Source: Hemiscyllium ocellatum
Lineage: Eukaryota
Reading direction: 5' to 3'
NCBI RefSeq assembly: GCF_020745735.1
Contig: NC_083422.1
Location: 10,230,001-10,294,000, forward strand
DNA: 64,000 nt
Positions 14,000 to 27,395 of this stretch are shown in pieces. How positions within the stretch are numbered: the first letter of the stretch is position 1; every line of letters begins with the position of its first letter. The notes under the pieces are model-generated. The model was not told where the DNA came from and did not search any database. It was given only the letters and a program-made list of their open reading frames with translations. The position numbers and the translations under genes were made by a program.

Positions 14000-14350
14000 C
14001 TATATCCCAAAATTATGTTGCACATTAAAGGACATTGCAAAGCGTCTCACAGTCAATGCAATTCTTTTGAAGTGCTATCATTATTGCATAAGTGAACATA
14101 TCAGTCAGATAGCAGTCAGTCTAAGTGCACATTCTTACAGCAGCAATATTAGCAACCAGTTATTTTGTTTTAGTGATCTCGTGATGGATGAATATTGGCC
14201 AGTGCACCAGGAGGGTTGTCCCCACCTTTTTTTCAATAGGTGATAGAGGATCTTGTATGCACACCTCATAAGGCTGTTGTGGCCTTAGTTGAAAATCTCA
14301 TCTGAAATATGGCACCAACAATGCTGCATTCCCTCAAAACTGCAGTGAAT
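14000..14350 (-). mobile_element. Old DeuSINE-like SINE; related copies near 35010-35400 (+), 46240-46340 (+) and 62690-62870 (+)
   Basis: Degenerate Deu-domain-like core (tcagatgagattttcaactaaggcc / tttgatgagatattaaaac...aaagatc). Confidence 0.5.
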
Positions 14351-14987
14351 ACAAGAAAACAAACATCAGGTCTACCAGAAATGAAGCTTCGCATGTACTT
14401 GGGCTCGAACACCAGAGACATCTACTGTAACCCCAGATCCATATCCTTAACACAAACCTTTTGGTCCTCTTCTTTGTCAGTCAAATTCTATTCTAGGCAA
14501 TGTTTTGATAATCTGTCTCAAGAGCCATGTGAGATAAAGCACTCAGCTTTTAACAACTCAGAATTAGACACCTAAGTTCACCCCTAATTCTTCTGATATT
14601 CCTGTGTCTCGCATTTTGTACCAGATGAGCTAGAGAGATTAGATTTCCAAAGGAAAATCCATGCCCATTTTTCTCCAATGTATACATTAACGCTTTGTCC
14701 ACTGTTGTGAACTTTCTCTGTCATAAAACGTGCAGTCTTCACAACTTTACTAGTTGAAAACTTCTACCCTGTGAATGGAGAGCCATAATGGGAGATAGAT
14801 GGAGACTGGCCAGCTATCAGGACACTACTCATTAGCCTGGGCTTCAATACCAGGTCTTTATATTTCAAATGGTTCCCTCCAACTTTTAAATGCTTATTTG
14901 GTTGAACAAAAAGGGCTTTTTGTTTTGGCTGACCACGTTAATCAATAATCTCTTCGAGATTTTATTAAAAGAAAATAGATTCATTCA

Positions 14988-15328
<341 letters not shown>

Positions 15329-15390
15329 TTAAACACAAACAGGGCTTCACAGAAAACTTGAATAACACAAGAAAATTATGAGCTACTTAC

Positions 15391-15422
15391 AGGTCCCATG
15401 ATAGTGGCTTGCCAATCGAACA
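15391..15422 (-). CDS. UBE2D1: UBE2D exon 3 ((M)FDWQATIMGP)
   Basis: 32 nt, AG/GT boundaries. Confidence 0.95.
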
Positions 15423-15517
15423 CTAAATATTGAAGGCAAGAAATATTAAGCTATATTTAGAATAAAATCTCCTTTGAAAATAAATTTGAAAGTGGAAATC
15501 TTAAAAAGAACCCTTAC

Positions 15518-15581
15518 TATCATCTCCCGCTGGACCTGCTGAACATTGAGCTGGCGGGTCTTGTTGCAAGTCCTTTAATTC
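15518..15581 (-). CDS. UBE2D1: UBE2D exon 2 (ELKDLQQDPPAQCSAGPAGDD)
   Basis: 64 nt, AG/GT boundaries. Confidence 0.95.
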
Positions 15582-17256
15582 CTAAATGACCAAAAGAAAA
15601 TATCATTGTTACCCCAACAAAGTCATTCCCTGTGCAAAAACAAAGAACAGTTACAATCGTCTTCTGTAATAATGTCTAACACAGTACCTTACAGGTTATG
15701 CTGACACTGTGGTTCACACAAACACAACTGCAAGATGCTTTGTGAAATATTTTTGAACTGTTTGTGTAGGGACATAATTATTGCTTATGTTTGAAGAATG
15801 AACTTGAACCTGACTTAAATCAGAGGCTGAAGAATAAGTAAGGTACTGAGAAAGCCAAGACTTGTCAATCCTTAGATCATAGAATGCCACAACCTGAGTA
15901 CCAAAACACTAAAAATATTGAGGGTGAATTGAAAAGAAACAGTGATGCATAGTAAGACGACACATTGCTGCAAACTGATAAATTAGTGAGACACAACTTT
16001 TCAGAATGGAAATGTAATCCTAGCACGTTGGTCTTCAACTGAATGTTCATCAACTTCTAGTTGATATATTCTAACAATTAAACAAAACTGTTAGAAACAT
16101 TAGTAGTAGGATACTGTAAATGTCAGTTTTAGAATTAATTTTCCAGAACTGCTTTCACAATGCATCCAATATAACAGTAGCTGTACAAATGTCACAAAAT
16201 AATGATATAGATTCCATTTCTAGGGACCCCAAGTATCTTGGACACACTTATAATTTTTCAACACTCTTTTGGGGAAAGACAGCAAAGACACATATTTTGT
16301 AATGATCTGCTTATTAGAGTTATCGTTGCAACACCAATTGTTTTAATCTTAAGACAATAACTGCAACAGCTCTTGTGCTCCAAAACAAGCTACCTTCCTG
16401 CCACCACATCAGCCAGAAAGTGATTTTCATCTATCACAACCAGAAACCTGTTATTGGGTATACTTGAAAGAAAGAGGATTTATTTTACTGTGCAACCGTA
16501 ACCAGCATTCAATAAAGGGCATCATGGTAGGAACTTAACAGGCAGCAACTTTCTTACACGTATTTGCAAAACATCTCACTAACCTAAATACTGCAGTGCA
16601 TTCGCAAAATTAAACAAAATATCAGTCTCTAGTTCAAAGTAAAATATTTACAACCTAGCATAAAGATGAACCTTCTTTATGCAGGGAAGGTACTATCGAC
16701 ACACTGGTGTTTAATTTGCAATTTTCAAATTAATCTTATGACATTCAGACATTACTTGGAGTTTTGTAAGACCTTTCAAGCACAAGTTCTATTTTGTATT
16801 CATCCACCAGATCTTCCTCATGTCAATTAACTGCGTCCAGGCAAAAGGGAACAGACCAGTCCAGTATATGTGATGTAGCAACAAGGCCTGAGATGAAGCA
16901 GGAATAGAGTTGTTAAGAATGTTCTTTTGCAATCAAGAATTGCAAAGTTCAGAACAATCATGAATCAAAAATAAAATCCATGCACCAATATACACACTAA
17001 AATGTGGTGGCACACAGATTTAAAAGCAAGGGATCCCTCTGTCACATTCTAGTAGCTGAAGCCAAGTGCACTAGTTCATTCAGGGAAATTATCTAAAGAC
17101 ATCTTCGAGTTGGTAATGGGTGCAAGAAATCCTAGGTGCCTGAATAGCGTGCAGCCCTTCTGGGAAAAACATTCAACATTTTCAAAGTTTGTGCGAAGAT
17201 TTGTAGCTCGGGTGCTTGTTGTAGTGGTTCTGTTCGCCGAGCTGGAAGTTTTTGTT

Positions 17257-17296
17257 GCAAACGTTTCGTCCCCTGGCTAGGAGACATCATCAGTGC
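17257..17296 (-). ncRNA. Minimal hammerhead ribozyme motif (PLE terminus)
   Basis: Minus strand: GCA-CTGATGA-T-GTCTCCT-AGCC-AGGGGAC-GAAA-CGTT-TGC. Confidence 0.75.
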
Positions 17297-18423
17297 TCTG
17301 GAGCCTCCTGCGAAGCGCTTCTTTGATGTTTCCTCCGGTATTTATAGTGGTCTGTCCTTGCCGCTTCCGGGTGTCAGTTTCAGCTGTCCGTTGTAGTGAT
17401 TGGTATATTGGGTCCAGGTCGATGTGTCTGTTGATGGAGTTTGTGGATGAATGCCATGCCTCTAGGAATTCCCTGGCTGTTCTCTGTCTGGCTTGCCCTA
17501 TGATAGTAGTGTTTTCCCAGTCGAATTCATGTTGCTTGTTGTCTGAGTGTGTGGCTACTAGGGATAGCTGGTCGTGTCGTTTCGTGGCTAGTTGGTGTTC
17601 ATGTATGCGGATTGTTAGCTGTCTTCCTGTTTGTCCTATATAGTGTTTTGTGCAGTCCTTGCATGGTATTTTATAAACTACATTAGTTTTGCTCATGTTG
17701 GTGCAAAATAATGCATCAGGACACTATTCAAAAGAGCTACAACACACTGCAGTACACCAGAACTGCGAAAAGAGGAAGAGGAACACCTATACAAGGTATT
17801 CGCCAAAAACGGATACCCGCGCAACTTTATCAACAGATGCCCAAGAGATGGACCACGGAACGAGGACATGACACAACCAAAAGGACTAGCCACTCTACCA
17901 TACATCAGGAGCGTTTCAGAACTGACAGCCAGACTACTGCGACCCCTAGGACTCATAACGGCACACAAACCAACAGCCACGCTCAGACAACAACTTACTA
18001 GAACGAAGGACCCGATACCCAACATGAGCAAAACTAATGTAGTTTATAAAATACCATGCAAGGACTGCACAAAACACTATATAGGACAAACAGGAAGACA
18101 GCTAACAATCCGCATACATGAACACCAACTAGCCACGAAACGACACGACCAGCTATCCCTAGTAGCCACACACTCCGACAACAAGCAACATGAATTCGAC
18201 TGGGACAACACTACTATCATAGGGCAAGCCAGACAGAGAACAGCCAGGGAATTCCTAGAGGCATGGCATTCATCCACAAACTCCATCCACAGACACATCG
18301 ACCTGGACCCAATATACCAATCACTACATCGGACAGCTGAAACTGACACCCGGAAGCGGCAAGGACAGACCACTATAAATACCGGAAGAAACATCAAAGA
18401 AGCGCTTCGCAGGAGGCTCCAGA

Positions 18424-18463
18424 GCACTGATGATGTCTCCTAGACAGGGGACGAAACGTTTGC
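18424..18463 (+). ncRNA. Minimal hammerhead ribozyme motif (PLE terminus)
   Basis: GCA-CTGATGA-T-[GTCTCCT-AGAC-AGGGGAC]-GAAA-CGTT-TGC: 3-bp stem I, 7-bp stem II, palindromic AAACGTTT in place of stem III. Confidence 0.75.
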
Positions 18464-18595
18464 AACAAAAACTTCCAGCTCGGCGAACAGAACCACTACA
18501 ACATTCAACATTTCAAACACAAATATATTTCACAATCAGTTCCTTTCTGAATGATTAATCTTGACTGTACCTACTTGGTAGTTTTTCAGCCTGTT

Positions 18596-19160
18596 CAGTT
18601 TATTACAACAGAATCTTGACCAGATGGGCCAATGGGCTGAGAAGTGGCAGATGGAGTTTAATTCAGATAAATGTGAGGTGCTGCATTTCGGGAAAGCAAA
18701 TCTTAGCAGGACTTGTACACTTAATTGAGTGTTGCTGAACAAAGAGACCTTGGAGTGCAGTCGCAGGTAGATATAGTTTGGTATGCTTTCCTTTATTGGC
18801 CAGAGTATCGAGTATAAGAGTTAGGTGGTCATGTTGCGGCTGTACAAGACATTGGTTAGGATACTGTTGGAATATTGCATGCAATTCTGGTCTCCTTTCT
18901 ATTGGAAAGACATTGTGAAACTTGAAAAGGTTCAGAAAAGATTTACAAGGATGTTGCCAGGGTTGGAGGATCTGAGCTACAGGGAGAGGCTGAACAGGCT
19001 TGGGCTGTTTTGCCTGGAGCGTCGGAGGCTGAAGTGTGACCTTATAGAGGTTTACAAAATTATGAGGGGTGTGGATAGGGTAAATAGGCAAAGTGTTTCC
19101 CCTGGGGTCGGGGAGTCCAGAACTAGAGGACATAGGATTAAGGTGAGAGGGGAAAGATAA
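18596..19160 (+). mobile_element. CR1 LINE ORF2 C-terminal fragment
   Basis: [32 protein letters not shown]. Confidence 0.9.
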
Positions 19161-20132
19161 AAAAAAAGAGTAGTTCTTCAGGTGCAGGATTCGCATATAC
19201 TGGAAGCACAACTAATGGCAGAACACACCCATACACAATCTATTGTCATTCACTTAAAGCTTGTGCTATTTTAAAAATGATAGGAAACTGGAGTAGGGAA
19301 GCTTTAGAATCCAAGGTTTGGAAGTGAAGAGAGGAAAGAGAAATGGGAGGAAGGGACAACTGAGGGAACATGGAAGAGCAAGTCATGAAAATACTGCAGG
19401 GCAAATCAACTGGAGGGGCAGAAAAATACTTTAGAATGTATGGCTAGTAGTTCAGGACACATGGTTGGGGCTTGAATTACTGGCCCAGGTCTGGAAGAGG
19501 GGCCAGGCCCAGAAATGATGTTACAGAAGGAAGGTCGTTCCATCAGAAAGGAGGACCAGAAATGGCTGGTAGCTTTCATTTAAACCATAGCTTTGCTCAG
19601 AACAGCCACTTACCTGAGTTCACCTGGCAGCCTTATTTTTTTTTTTAAATTTATTTAAATTTAATACACTCAAGAACCAGAGGGTACAAAAAACAAGTTA
19701 TTCCAACTGTCAAAATCCACAAGAAAGAATTGGAGGTGTGAAAGCAGCTGATGAAACTGAGCAGAAAACTACAAAGATGTTTTATTGTAAAGGGATTAAA
19801 TCAAATAAAAGACTATCTTGAGTGATTTAAGCAGTCAATTACATTCTAGGAGCAGCAACTGCAAACTGGACTGATAGAGAAGAGTGAAAAATATGACCAA
19901 TATAGAGGTTTACAATACAAATGGAGGATGTATAAAATCAGCAATGACCACGCCAACATTTCCAGGTGTATTACGGGAGCTGAAGGAAAAAAACAAAATG
20001 AGACATGCACGTAGAGTAGATCAGGAATTTCACATTCAAACTATTTCTTTACAGTAACATTCTTACAAATGGGATGAACTACAGCACCTTTTATGAGACA
20101 AAATACTGATTTGTTTATCTCCCTTATAGCTC

Positions 20133-20251
20133 CAAATGTGTTGCTGGTCAAAGCACAGCAGGTTAGGCAGCATCTCAGGAATAGAGAATTCGACGTTTCG
20201 AGCATAAGCCCTTCAGCTGTGATCTCCAGCATCTGCAGACCTCATTTTTTA
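20133..20251. mobile_element. 119-bp non-coding PLE-derived mini-insertion
   Basis: Inverted terminus plus tail, nearly identical to the ends of the 40338-43635 element; perfect 14-bp TSD ctcccttatagctc (20119-20132, 20252-20265). Confidence 0.9.
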
Positions 20252-22090
20252 CTCCCTTATAGCTCAGTTGATTATAGAGTTTGACTGAGCTATACCTACC
20301 AGAACATCCCAGATCCCATTCCCAGTCAATGCTGAGTTATCCGATAACTCTTAGGTGAGCATGAGTGAGCCTGTGCACCTACAGGCTAAGGGTAGGTAAA
20401 ATCAGTCAGGTTCCCAGGTCCTGCCGTAAAGTGGGTGTGTGGACAGGACTGGTCTCAGCTGTCAAGCAGCTTACCAAACCCACGACCAAGCTCCACATAT
20501 GAAGAGGGGCAATTTCAGCGAGATATTGAGTGATGGCCAGTATCTGCTGGACTGTCCCCCAGCATACGCCGGTGCTTTCAAGGGTTGGTTGGGGGGGTGG
20601 TGGTAACCGTGAAACATTGCACAAAAATAAGGAGCTTCATCCTTAATTTCCAAAGCTGTCGGTAGCATCAAAGGGTACTCTACCTAGTTAGCAAATATGA
20701 TTGTTTTTCTGTGGTCATTTCCAACACAATAACATTGCTGCTACCTTGCGTTGCTGCCATTTCCAGTGTAGACAAGTTGAGCAGATTGCTGCTGCTGGTT
20801 TGTCTGCATGCAGCCTGACCCCCATTTCACAGGCTACCTAAAAGGACACAGATTGTGAAAGGCTCACTCACTGTCCCAAAAAAACTATCTAAAAACAGAG
20901 GCACAGCCAAGTGAGTTACAGCTGGACCACAAAAACTAATTAACCTCAAGAGGATCAAAGGTTTATACATTAAAAATTAAGGTGCAACACTTAGAGATAA
21001 CTTAAATGGGAACACTAATGCTAAAATGTGGATAAGTGACACAAAATGCAATTTGACCCCAATATCAAGTCAGTGACAGAAACAAGGTGAAACCTGTCAT
21101 GGATTGTACCATGAGAGAACAATGACCTATTTCAAATTCAAAAGCTAGCCTCAAGGAACACATGAACAGGAGGCAGCCTTTCAGTTTGCTGAGTATGCAC
21201 CAGCTCTTTTACAGAGCTGTCCAATTTTTCTCAATGCTCCTCACATACCTGCAAACCATTTTCTTCTTAAAATTACTTTCCCTGTTTCCATTTAAAGATT
21301 ACTATTAAATTGCACAAACTACCCTATCAGACTTTGCATTCCAAATCCTAAACACTCAACATGTTAAAAAGGAATTTCATGTCACCAATTATCTTTTTAC
21401 TGGTTAGACACTTCTGATACTGATACGGGTTCTATTTATTAACTCTTGTAAAAAATTTTTATAAATTCAAACAGCTCTATCAAACGTTCTCTGAACCTTT
21501 TCTGCTCAAAAACACCACCAGCTTCTCCAGTCTGTCCAAAACAAATCATTCTTCTTCTTCTATACCCCCTTCCAACTCGATATTTTTCTTTAAATATGTT
21601 GTCTGATTCTGAACATCATACTGCAACTAAGTATTTTTTCTACGTTTAGCACAATCTTCAAGCTTTTGGACTTGATACCTTCATTTATCAAGTTCGGGAT
21701 TCCATGTGGTTCATTAATAGCTGCATTAATCTGATAAACACACAGATGATCGCTGTTCCTCTTTATGAATTTGAATTCTCTCTCTCACCCTTCCTCCCAA
21801 AATGAATCATCTCTCATTGCACCTGTTAATTCTAACAGCCTAGATCCTTGTAATTTAACACCATCCATCTTATTTTAGCACAAAATTGCTCAAGTACTAA
21901 ATATGATTCAAATAATTTCCATAAAATACTGTCCCTCACTTACACACTTTCCCATTAGTGTGAAACAAACAGAGGTTAACACATATCACAATGATTCCTC
22001 AACAGAATTTAAACCTGTGAATTCTAGCAGAAGATACAATATTTTACATAACTTAACAAAACACCCTTAAAACAAGAATGACTAACTATA

Positions 22091-22234
22091 GTCAAAAAGT
22101 GTGGTGCTGAAAAAGCACAGCCGGTCAGGCAGCATCCGAAAAGCAGGAGAGTCAATGTTTCAACCATATGCTCTTCCAGCACCACACGTTTTTGACTCCG
22201 ATCTGCAGCATCCGCAGTCCTCACTTTCTCCTAG
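22091..22234. mobile_element. PLE-derived mini fold-back with tail
   Basis: gtcaaaaagtgtggtgctg ... cagcaccacacgtttttgac, followed by the ctgcagcatccgcagtcctcactttctcc tail. Confidence 0.75.
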
Positions 22235-23229
22235 CGATTAGCCATATAACTGCTCTTGGCATTGTTTATGGCAACTGAGGTCATTGTTTATAAATACAAG
22301 AGCTTTCCCATTAGATAGCACATTGTCAAACTTGTAGACTCATGGTGATAATGCAATTGGTGTGAAGTTGGGAAGAATTAGAAGCTTACAGGAGGTTACA
22401 GTTAGGAAAACAAATGAGTTTGAAGTTGAGGGAAGTGTGATTCTACAAAAGTGCACTAAGCTTAGTGCTTTTAATGTGTTTTTAATCAATCTGTACCTCT
22501 TTTGATATTTTCACTTTGAGGGACCTCCAACTATTTTAGCTATTCAAAGTCTCCATTCGACATCTTCAATTTCAGATTGTTTTTGTCCCCCATGGGCTCG
22601 AGAAGACTGTTTACACTGTCTATTTCCCGTTCTTTTACTATGTGGTTGCCGGCTTACACTTCTTCCTCTCCCCTATTCTATTAAAATGATTCTTTGCTGG
22701 TGGCAACAGTCCAAAACATTCACCCAGTTGACCTGTCCATGTAAACTGACTGACCTGCTATGGTGGTATTAATTTGTAGTCTTTGGCTTTTACTTTGTTG
22801 CACTATCAACTCTAAGCATGCCAAACAGAACTGGCTGTCAACCGAGTGGTCATACTTCAATTGAATAAAAACAAAATGCCCTGAATAGATTTGACTCAAT
22901 CAGCCAAATTAACTGATTTGGTATTTTAGAAGAGTGAACTACATACAATTCAATACTTGACAGATTTATACAGCACTGTTATAAAGAGCATAAGGTGTAG
23001 CAGGATTTCAAAAATTATAACTAATCTTTAGCATTGGATGTACAATCGTGGGTTTCTGGATTTGTTCTTCATAACGCTCAAAACAGCCTCTAATGAAAAA
23101 CAAATAATTTTCACGCTAGTGACTTAAAAACCAAAATGCCATTCAAACAATGAAAATGTGACACTGTTGGATCACCTATGTCTCAAATGTTGTGAATTGT
23201 AAATAAATATTAAATAGATATTTTGGAGA

Positions 23230-23710
23230 GGGTTCTTAAGAGATTTACCAGGTTGTTGCCACAAATGGAGGGTTTGAGTTACAAGGAGAAACTGGATAGG
23301 CTGGGAGTTATTTTTCACTGGAACGTAGGAGGTTAGAAGATGGCCTTCTAGATGTTTATAAAATCATGAGCGGGCACAGATAAGGTGAGTGGCAGATGCC
23401 TTCCCTCGGGCGGGGGATTTCAAGACTCGGGGGCATTTTTTTTGAGGTGAGAGGAGAAATATTTTAAAAAGACATGAGGAGAATTTATTTTTTAAAAACA
23501 CAAAATAGTTTGTACGTGGAATGAATTCCAGAGAAAACTGGTGGATGTGAGCACAGTTACATTTAAAAGACATTTGGATAAGTACATAAACAAGAAATGT
23601 TTTGAGGGGTGTGGGCCAAGTGCAGGCAGGTTTGACTGGTTTAGTTTGGGATTACAGTCGGCATGGACTGGTTGGACTGAAGTGTCTGCTTGCATGCTCT
23701 ATGACTCTAA
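23230..23710 (+). mobile_element. CR1 LINE 3' end
   Basis: Similar to the other CR1 3' ends; terminates in ctctatgactct. Confidence 0.85.
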
Positions 23711-26141
23711 AATCGCATCCTAAACATTGAGACACAAAGTAATTTCAGGATTTTTTTCAATCAAAGATATTTTAGGAAAGCAATTTGGTATTTTGGTCAC
23801 ATTTGTGTTCAATGAAGGTTTTGAAGAGTTTGTGAAATGTAACAATTGCTTCGGGAACTGACTGTCAGCACTTGCGCACACAAATACAGAGTAATGCCCT
23901 ACATTCCAATCCAGCAATACAGTCAGCTTTGTAAGGTTACATACCGCCTCCACCCTTTCACGTGACTCAGTTTTCAAAAATTTCTCTAAGATTATGGGCA
24001 CTGCCTGCACCAGCAGCTTCTGGAATATTCTGTGATGGCTATGATCACACCAAAAACATTTTCCTATCACCAGTCACATAAACCTTTTAGTGATTTCATA
24101 CTTTGCTCCAATTGGGCTCTTCCACACAATTATGCATGTTTACAGTCCAGCTTTCACCAATGCTGTATGGGGAAACGGAGGTAGAATACATATTAAAGTA
24201 ATGCTGATGTTTTCTGTTAAATGCAGGAAGACCTATGCCTCAAAATGATCAAATTTTTGACTATCCTCTTGTTTACATGCTTACAAGCAACACCACTCCA
24301 TCCACACTTCCTTCATGTTGACTGTTAGTCTTTGATCAGACTGTGTGTGGCTTTCCAACTTCTTGCTCCCTTCATGCTTTGAAACATCTTCCTCTGTTTT
24401 GTTTGTTCAGTGACTCTTTTGAAGATTTTTGACAATCTTTGGTCCAAGTTCTCTTTTTATCTGCTGAATCCCCACTCGCGCAGATCTTGAACGGTTACTC
24501 AATGTAATATCATGTAACAAACTGGTATACTGTATTGGAACCTCTCTCACTGCTGGTCCATTGTCTGATATAACCTTCGTTTAGGTGAGGTAATCTGGAC
24601 TCGGCCCCATTACAACCTACTAACATGAACAAATTTATAACCTAACAATGATTCGTTTGTCTTTATCTATTTTCAATGCGATCTTTACTAGCTATGGTCA
24701 CTGTTTGCTGACCAGAGATCACTGCCTTGCTCCAACTAGATACGCAGAATGCACCTTTCCTGAATTTAAACACAAAGTTAAGATTTTCTATGTATCCCTA
24801 TTTTGAACACAAATCTTTGCCTTAACTCAGTTTATCTTCAGGCAGCAAAGTCCAGTCAGAACCCTATCTGTACTTTCCTTCACAAAATTTTCTCTAACCT
24901 CTCTATTTGCTCTAAACTACAGCTTTCCATCTCGCCCTTGAGCTTGCTATTTTAGATTACTCTGCCTTATAATTGAACCCAAACATATTAGCCCTAAACC
25001 TTAGAAATTTGACCATTTACATTCTCTGCCAGGTCACAGCCATCAGATTGATTTTGCAAAGATGTTCCATCTCTACAGATTGCTGGAGTAGGCAGAAAAG
25101 TGGAAAATGAAGCTCGATGTGGAGGAGAGTGAGGTGATGGACTTGGATAGGAAGAACATAAAATAGGAGCTACAGTACTGGATGGGTGCAGGAGTAGAGC
25201 ACTTGCTTGCATATATGCATAGGTCACAGAAGGTAACAGGACTAGTGGAAAGAGCAATTAATAAAACATACAGTATCCTGACTTTTTAAACAGGGCATAG
25301 AGTATAAGCTGAACTGGTAAAGGTCACTAGTTAGACCTCAGTTGGAGTAATGCATACATTTGGGACATTTTTCCTTGGAGAGGAGCAAGTTAAGATGCAG
25401 ATTTTCAAAATCATGAGAGGGCTAGATAAAGTGGGGTGGAAGGGTTGCTAGTACGTACGATATATTTCACAGTATTCCAAAAGCTGCCTGCTACCTGGCT
25501 ACAGTTGAAAAAGTTCTCAAAGTCAGCAACTTCAAGCTTCAGCAGGTCCACATGAAAGTATTACTTCTATCCGTGTTTTTCACTGCATGCAGATTCCATC
25601 CAACACTCATTTCCAAAGGACTGCCAGTGAAATTTGAGGGTGCATGAGGATCAGCGGTCGGCACAACATCGTGGGCTGAAGGGCCTGCTCTATGCTGTAC
25701 TGTTCTATGCTCTAAATTATGAAATCAAAATGAAGTCATTTGTTGCCAACTGTGAAGCAGCATCAATACTTCATTCAGCTGCTTGTTCTGGTATCATCTA
25801 CTCATTCCAGTTCAGTCCAAAATCCCTCTTCTCAACAGTCCTGACATGGATCATGAACCTACTACCTCCAGGTTTTATTCAAACTAAACAAAGACAAGAC
25901 TGGCATCTTGCAATAACCTTAATATTGCAGGAACGATTTGTGCGAAAACTTGCAGGTACAAAGGAAAAGTATTAGAACTGTGAATATTTAGTTTACACAT
26001 TTTTCCATGAACAACTCAAAGTGTTTGAAACCACCTGCAAGTTGCATTTTTTAAGAATGTCAACTGTTAAGAGATGTCAGTCCTTGAAAACCATTTTATG
26101 CTCACACCCAATTATTTAAATATAATTTTAATATTTTCACA

Positions 26142-26690
26142 ATGAACGTAGGTTTGCTCACTAAGCTTGAAGGTTTATTTTCAGAACTAAATTGGGTTGG
26201 GATATCTGGTCGGCATGGACCGAAGGGTCCGTTTCCATGCTTACATCTCTATGAATCTATGTTTCATCACCACGAGGTAACATCATCAGTGAGCCTCCGA
26301 ACGAAGCACTGGTGGCATGGCCCGCTTTCTGTTTATGTGTTTAGGTTTCTTTGGGTTGGTAATATCATTTCCTGTTCTTTTTCTCAGCGCATGGTAAGTG
26401 GGATCCATGTCAACATGTTTGTTTGACAACACATTGTGTCAACTCTATCAACAAACACATTGACTTGGATCCCATTTGCACCCCCTGAGAAAAAGAACAG
26501 GAAATGACATCACTAACCCAAGGAAACCTAAACACACAAATAAAGAGTGGGCCATACCACCAGTGCTTCATCCAGAAGCTCACTGATGATGTTACCACGT
26601 ACGGTAACAAAACGTCTGAAAACAAACCTCCCAGCTCAGCAAGCAAACCTACATCCAGAACCTCAAAACTCACTCCTCCCACAACGGTAA
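26142..26690. mobile_element. Old Poseidon-type PLE inverted termini with an inserted CR1 3' fragment
   Basis: 26260-26425 is the reverse complement of ~26445-26612; both contain ctcactgatgatgttacc hammerhead remnants. Confidence 0.7.
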
Positions 26691-26884
26691 GATAGCCACA
26701 AAGTCCAGTAATATAGCCAGATATTTTTAGACAGTAATGTGAAAACAGTTCATTGCCTTTGGTCCGGTACATTGATTTATTTAAGGGGATGGGAAATACA
26801 TTAAATGGCCTGTGCACTTCCATCACCCTTCCGAGGCCATGGTCGCTACAGTACTAATGCTGTCTACACTGCAGACATCAAGTA

Positions 26885-27395
26885 GAAAAGGACAGCGCTG
26901 GAAAAGCACAGCAATCAGAGTGTTGATGTTTCTGGGATGAGGTCGGGGGAAGGAAGATTTAGAACCCAGTGAAGTTGATGCCATGTGGTTAAAGGGTCAC
27001 AGGGTGGAAGATGAGACGTTCTTCCTCCAGTGGGAGAATTTCATTTGGCAGTAGAGGTGGGCCAAGACTTGGTCTGCGCCAGGGTGATGGGGTGTTTAGT
27101 ACGTGTCCCCCAGAGCTGTACCCTGAAACCTTCTGTGAGTTGGCATCCTCTCTCCTCCATGTAGAGGAGACCACATCAAGAGCAATGGATGCAGTAGATG
27201 AGGTGGGTGGATGTGCAGGAAAACCTCTGCCAGATATGAAAAAAATCCTTTGATCCTCCCACCTCATCTCCGATCCAACCTTCCAACTCGGCAACCCCTT
27301 CTTGAACTGTCCATCTTCCTTCAAAACTATCCGCTCCACTCTGCCCACCAACAATTACTCACTATTGCCTTCTCACCTACCTTTTCCCAAGCCCC
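26885..27395. mobile_element. Degraded Neptune-type PLE fragments in inverted arrangement
   Basis: LEEERLIF motif on the minus strand; terminal ggaaaagcacagc. Confidence 0.65.

Larger units (their letters stand above)
17187..18500. mobile_element. Poseidon-type Penelope-like element, fold-back insertion in UBE2D1 intron 1
   Basis: GIY-YIG domain KTNVVYKIPCKDCTKHYIGQTGR on both strands; ~17219-17701 is the reverse complement of ~18020-18502; TSD acattcaacattt(t)caaa at 17169-17186 and 18501-18517. Confidence 0.93.

Noticed and set aside
17187-18500. Fold-backs as DNA transposons/MITEs or assembly artefacts
   Set aside because: They encode PLE GIY-YIG, have asymmetric tailed and tail-less arms, variable-length TSDs and inter-arm mismatches
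19400-20030. Possible L1-type ORF1 remnant
   Set aside because: Purine-rich and suggestive, but no motif I can support by eye
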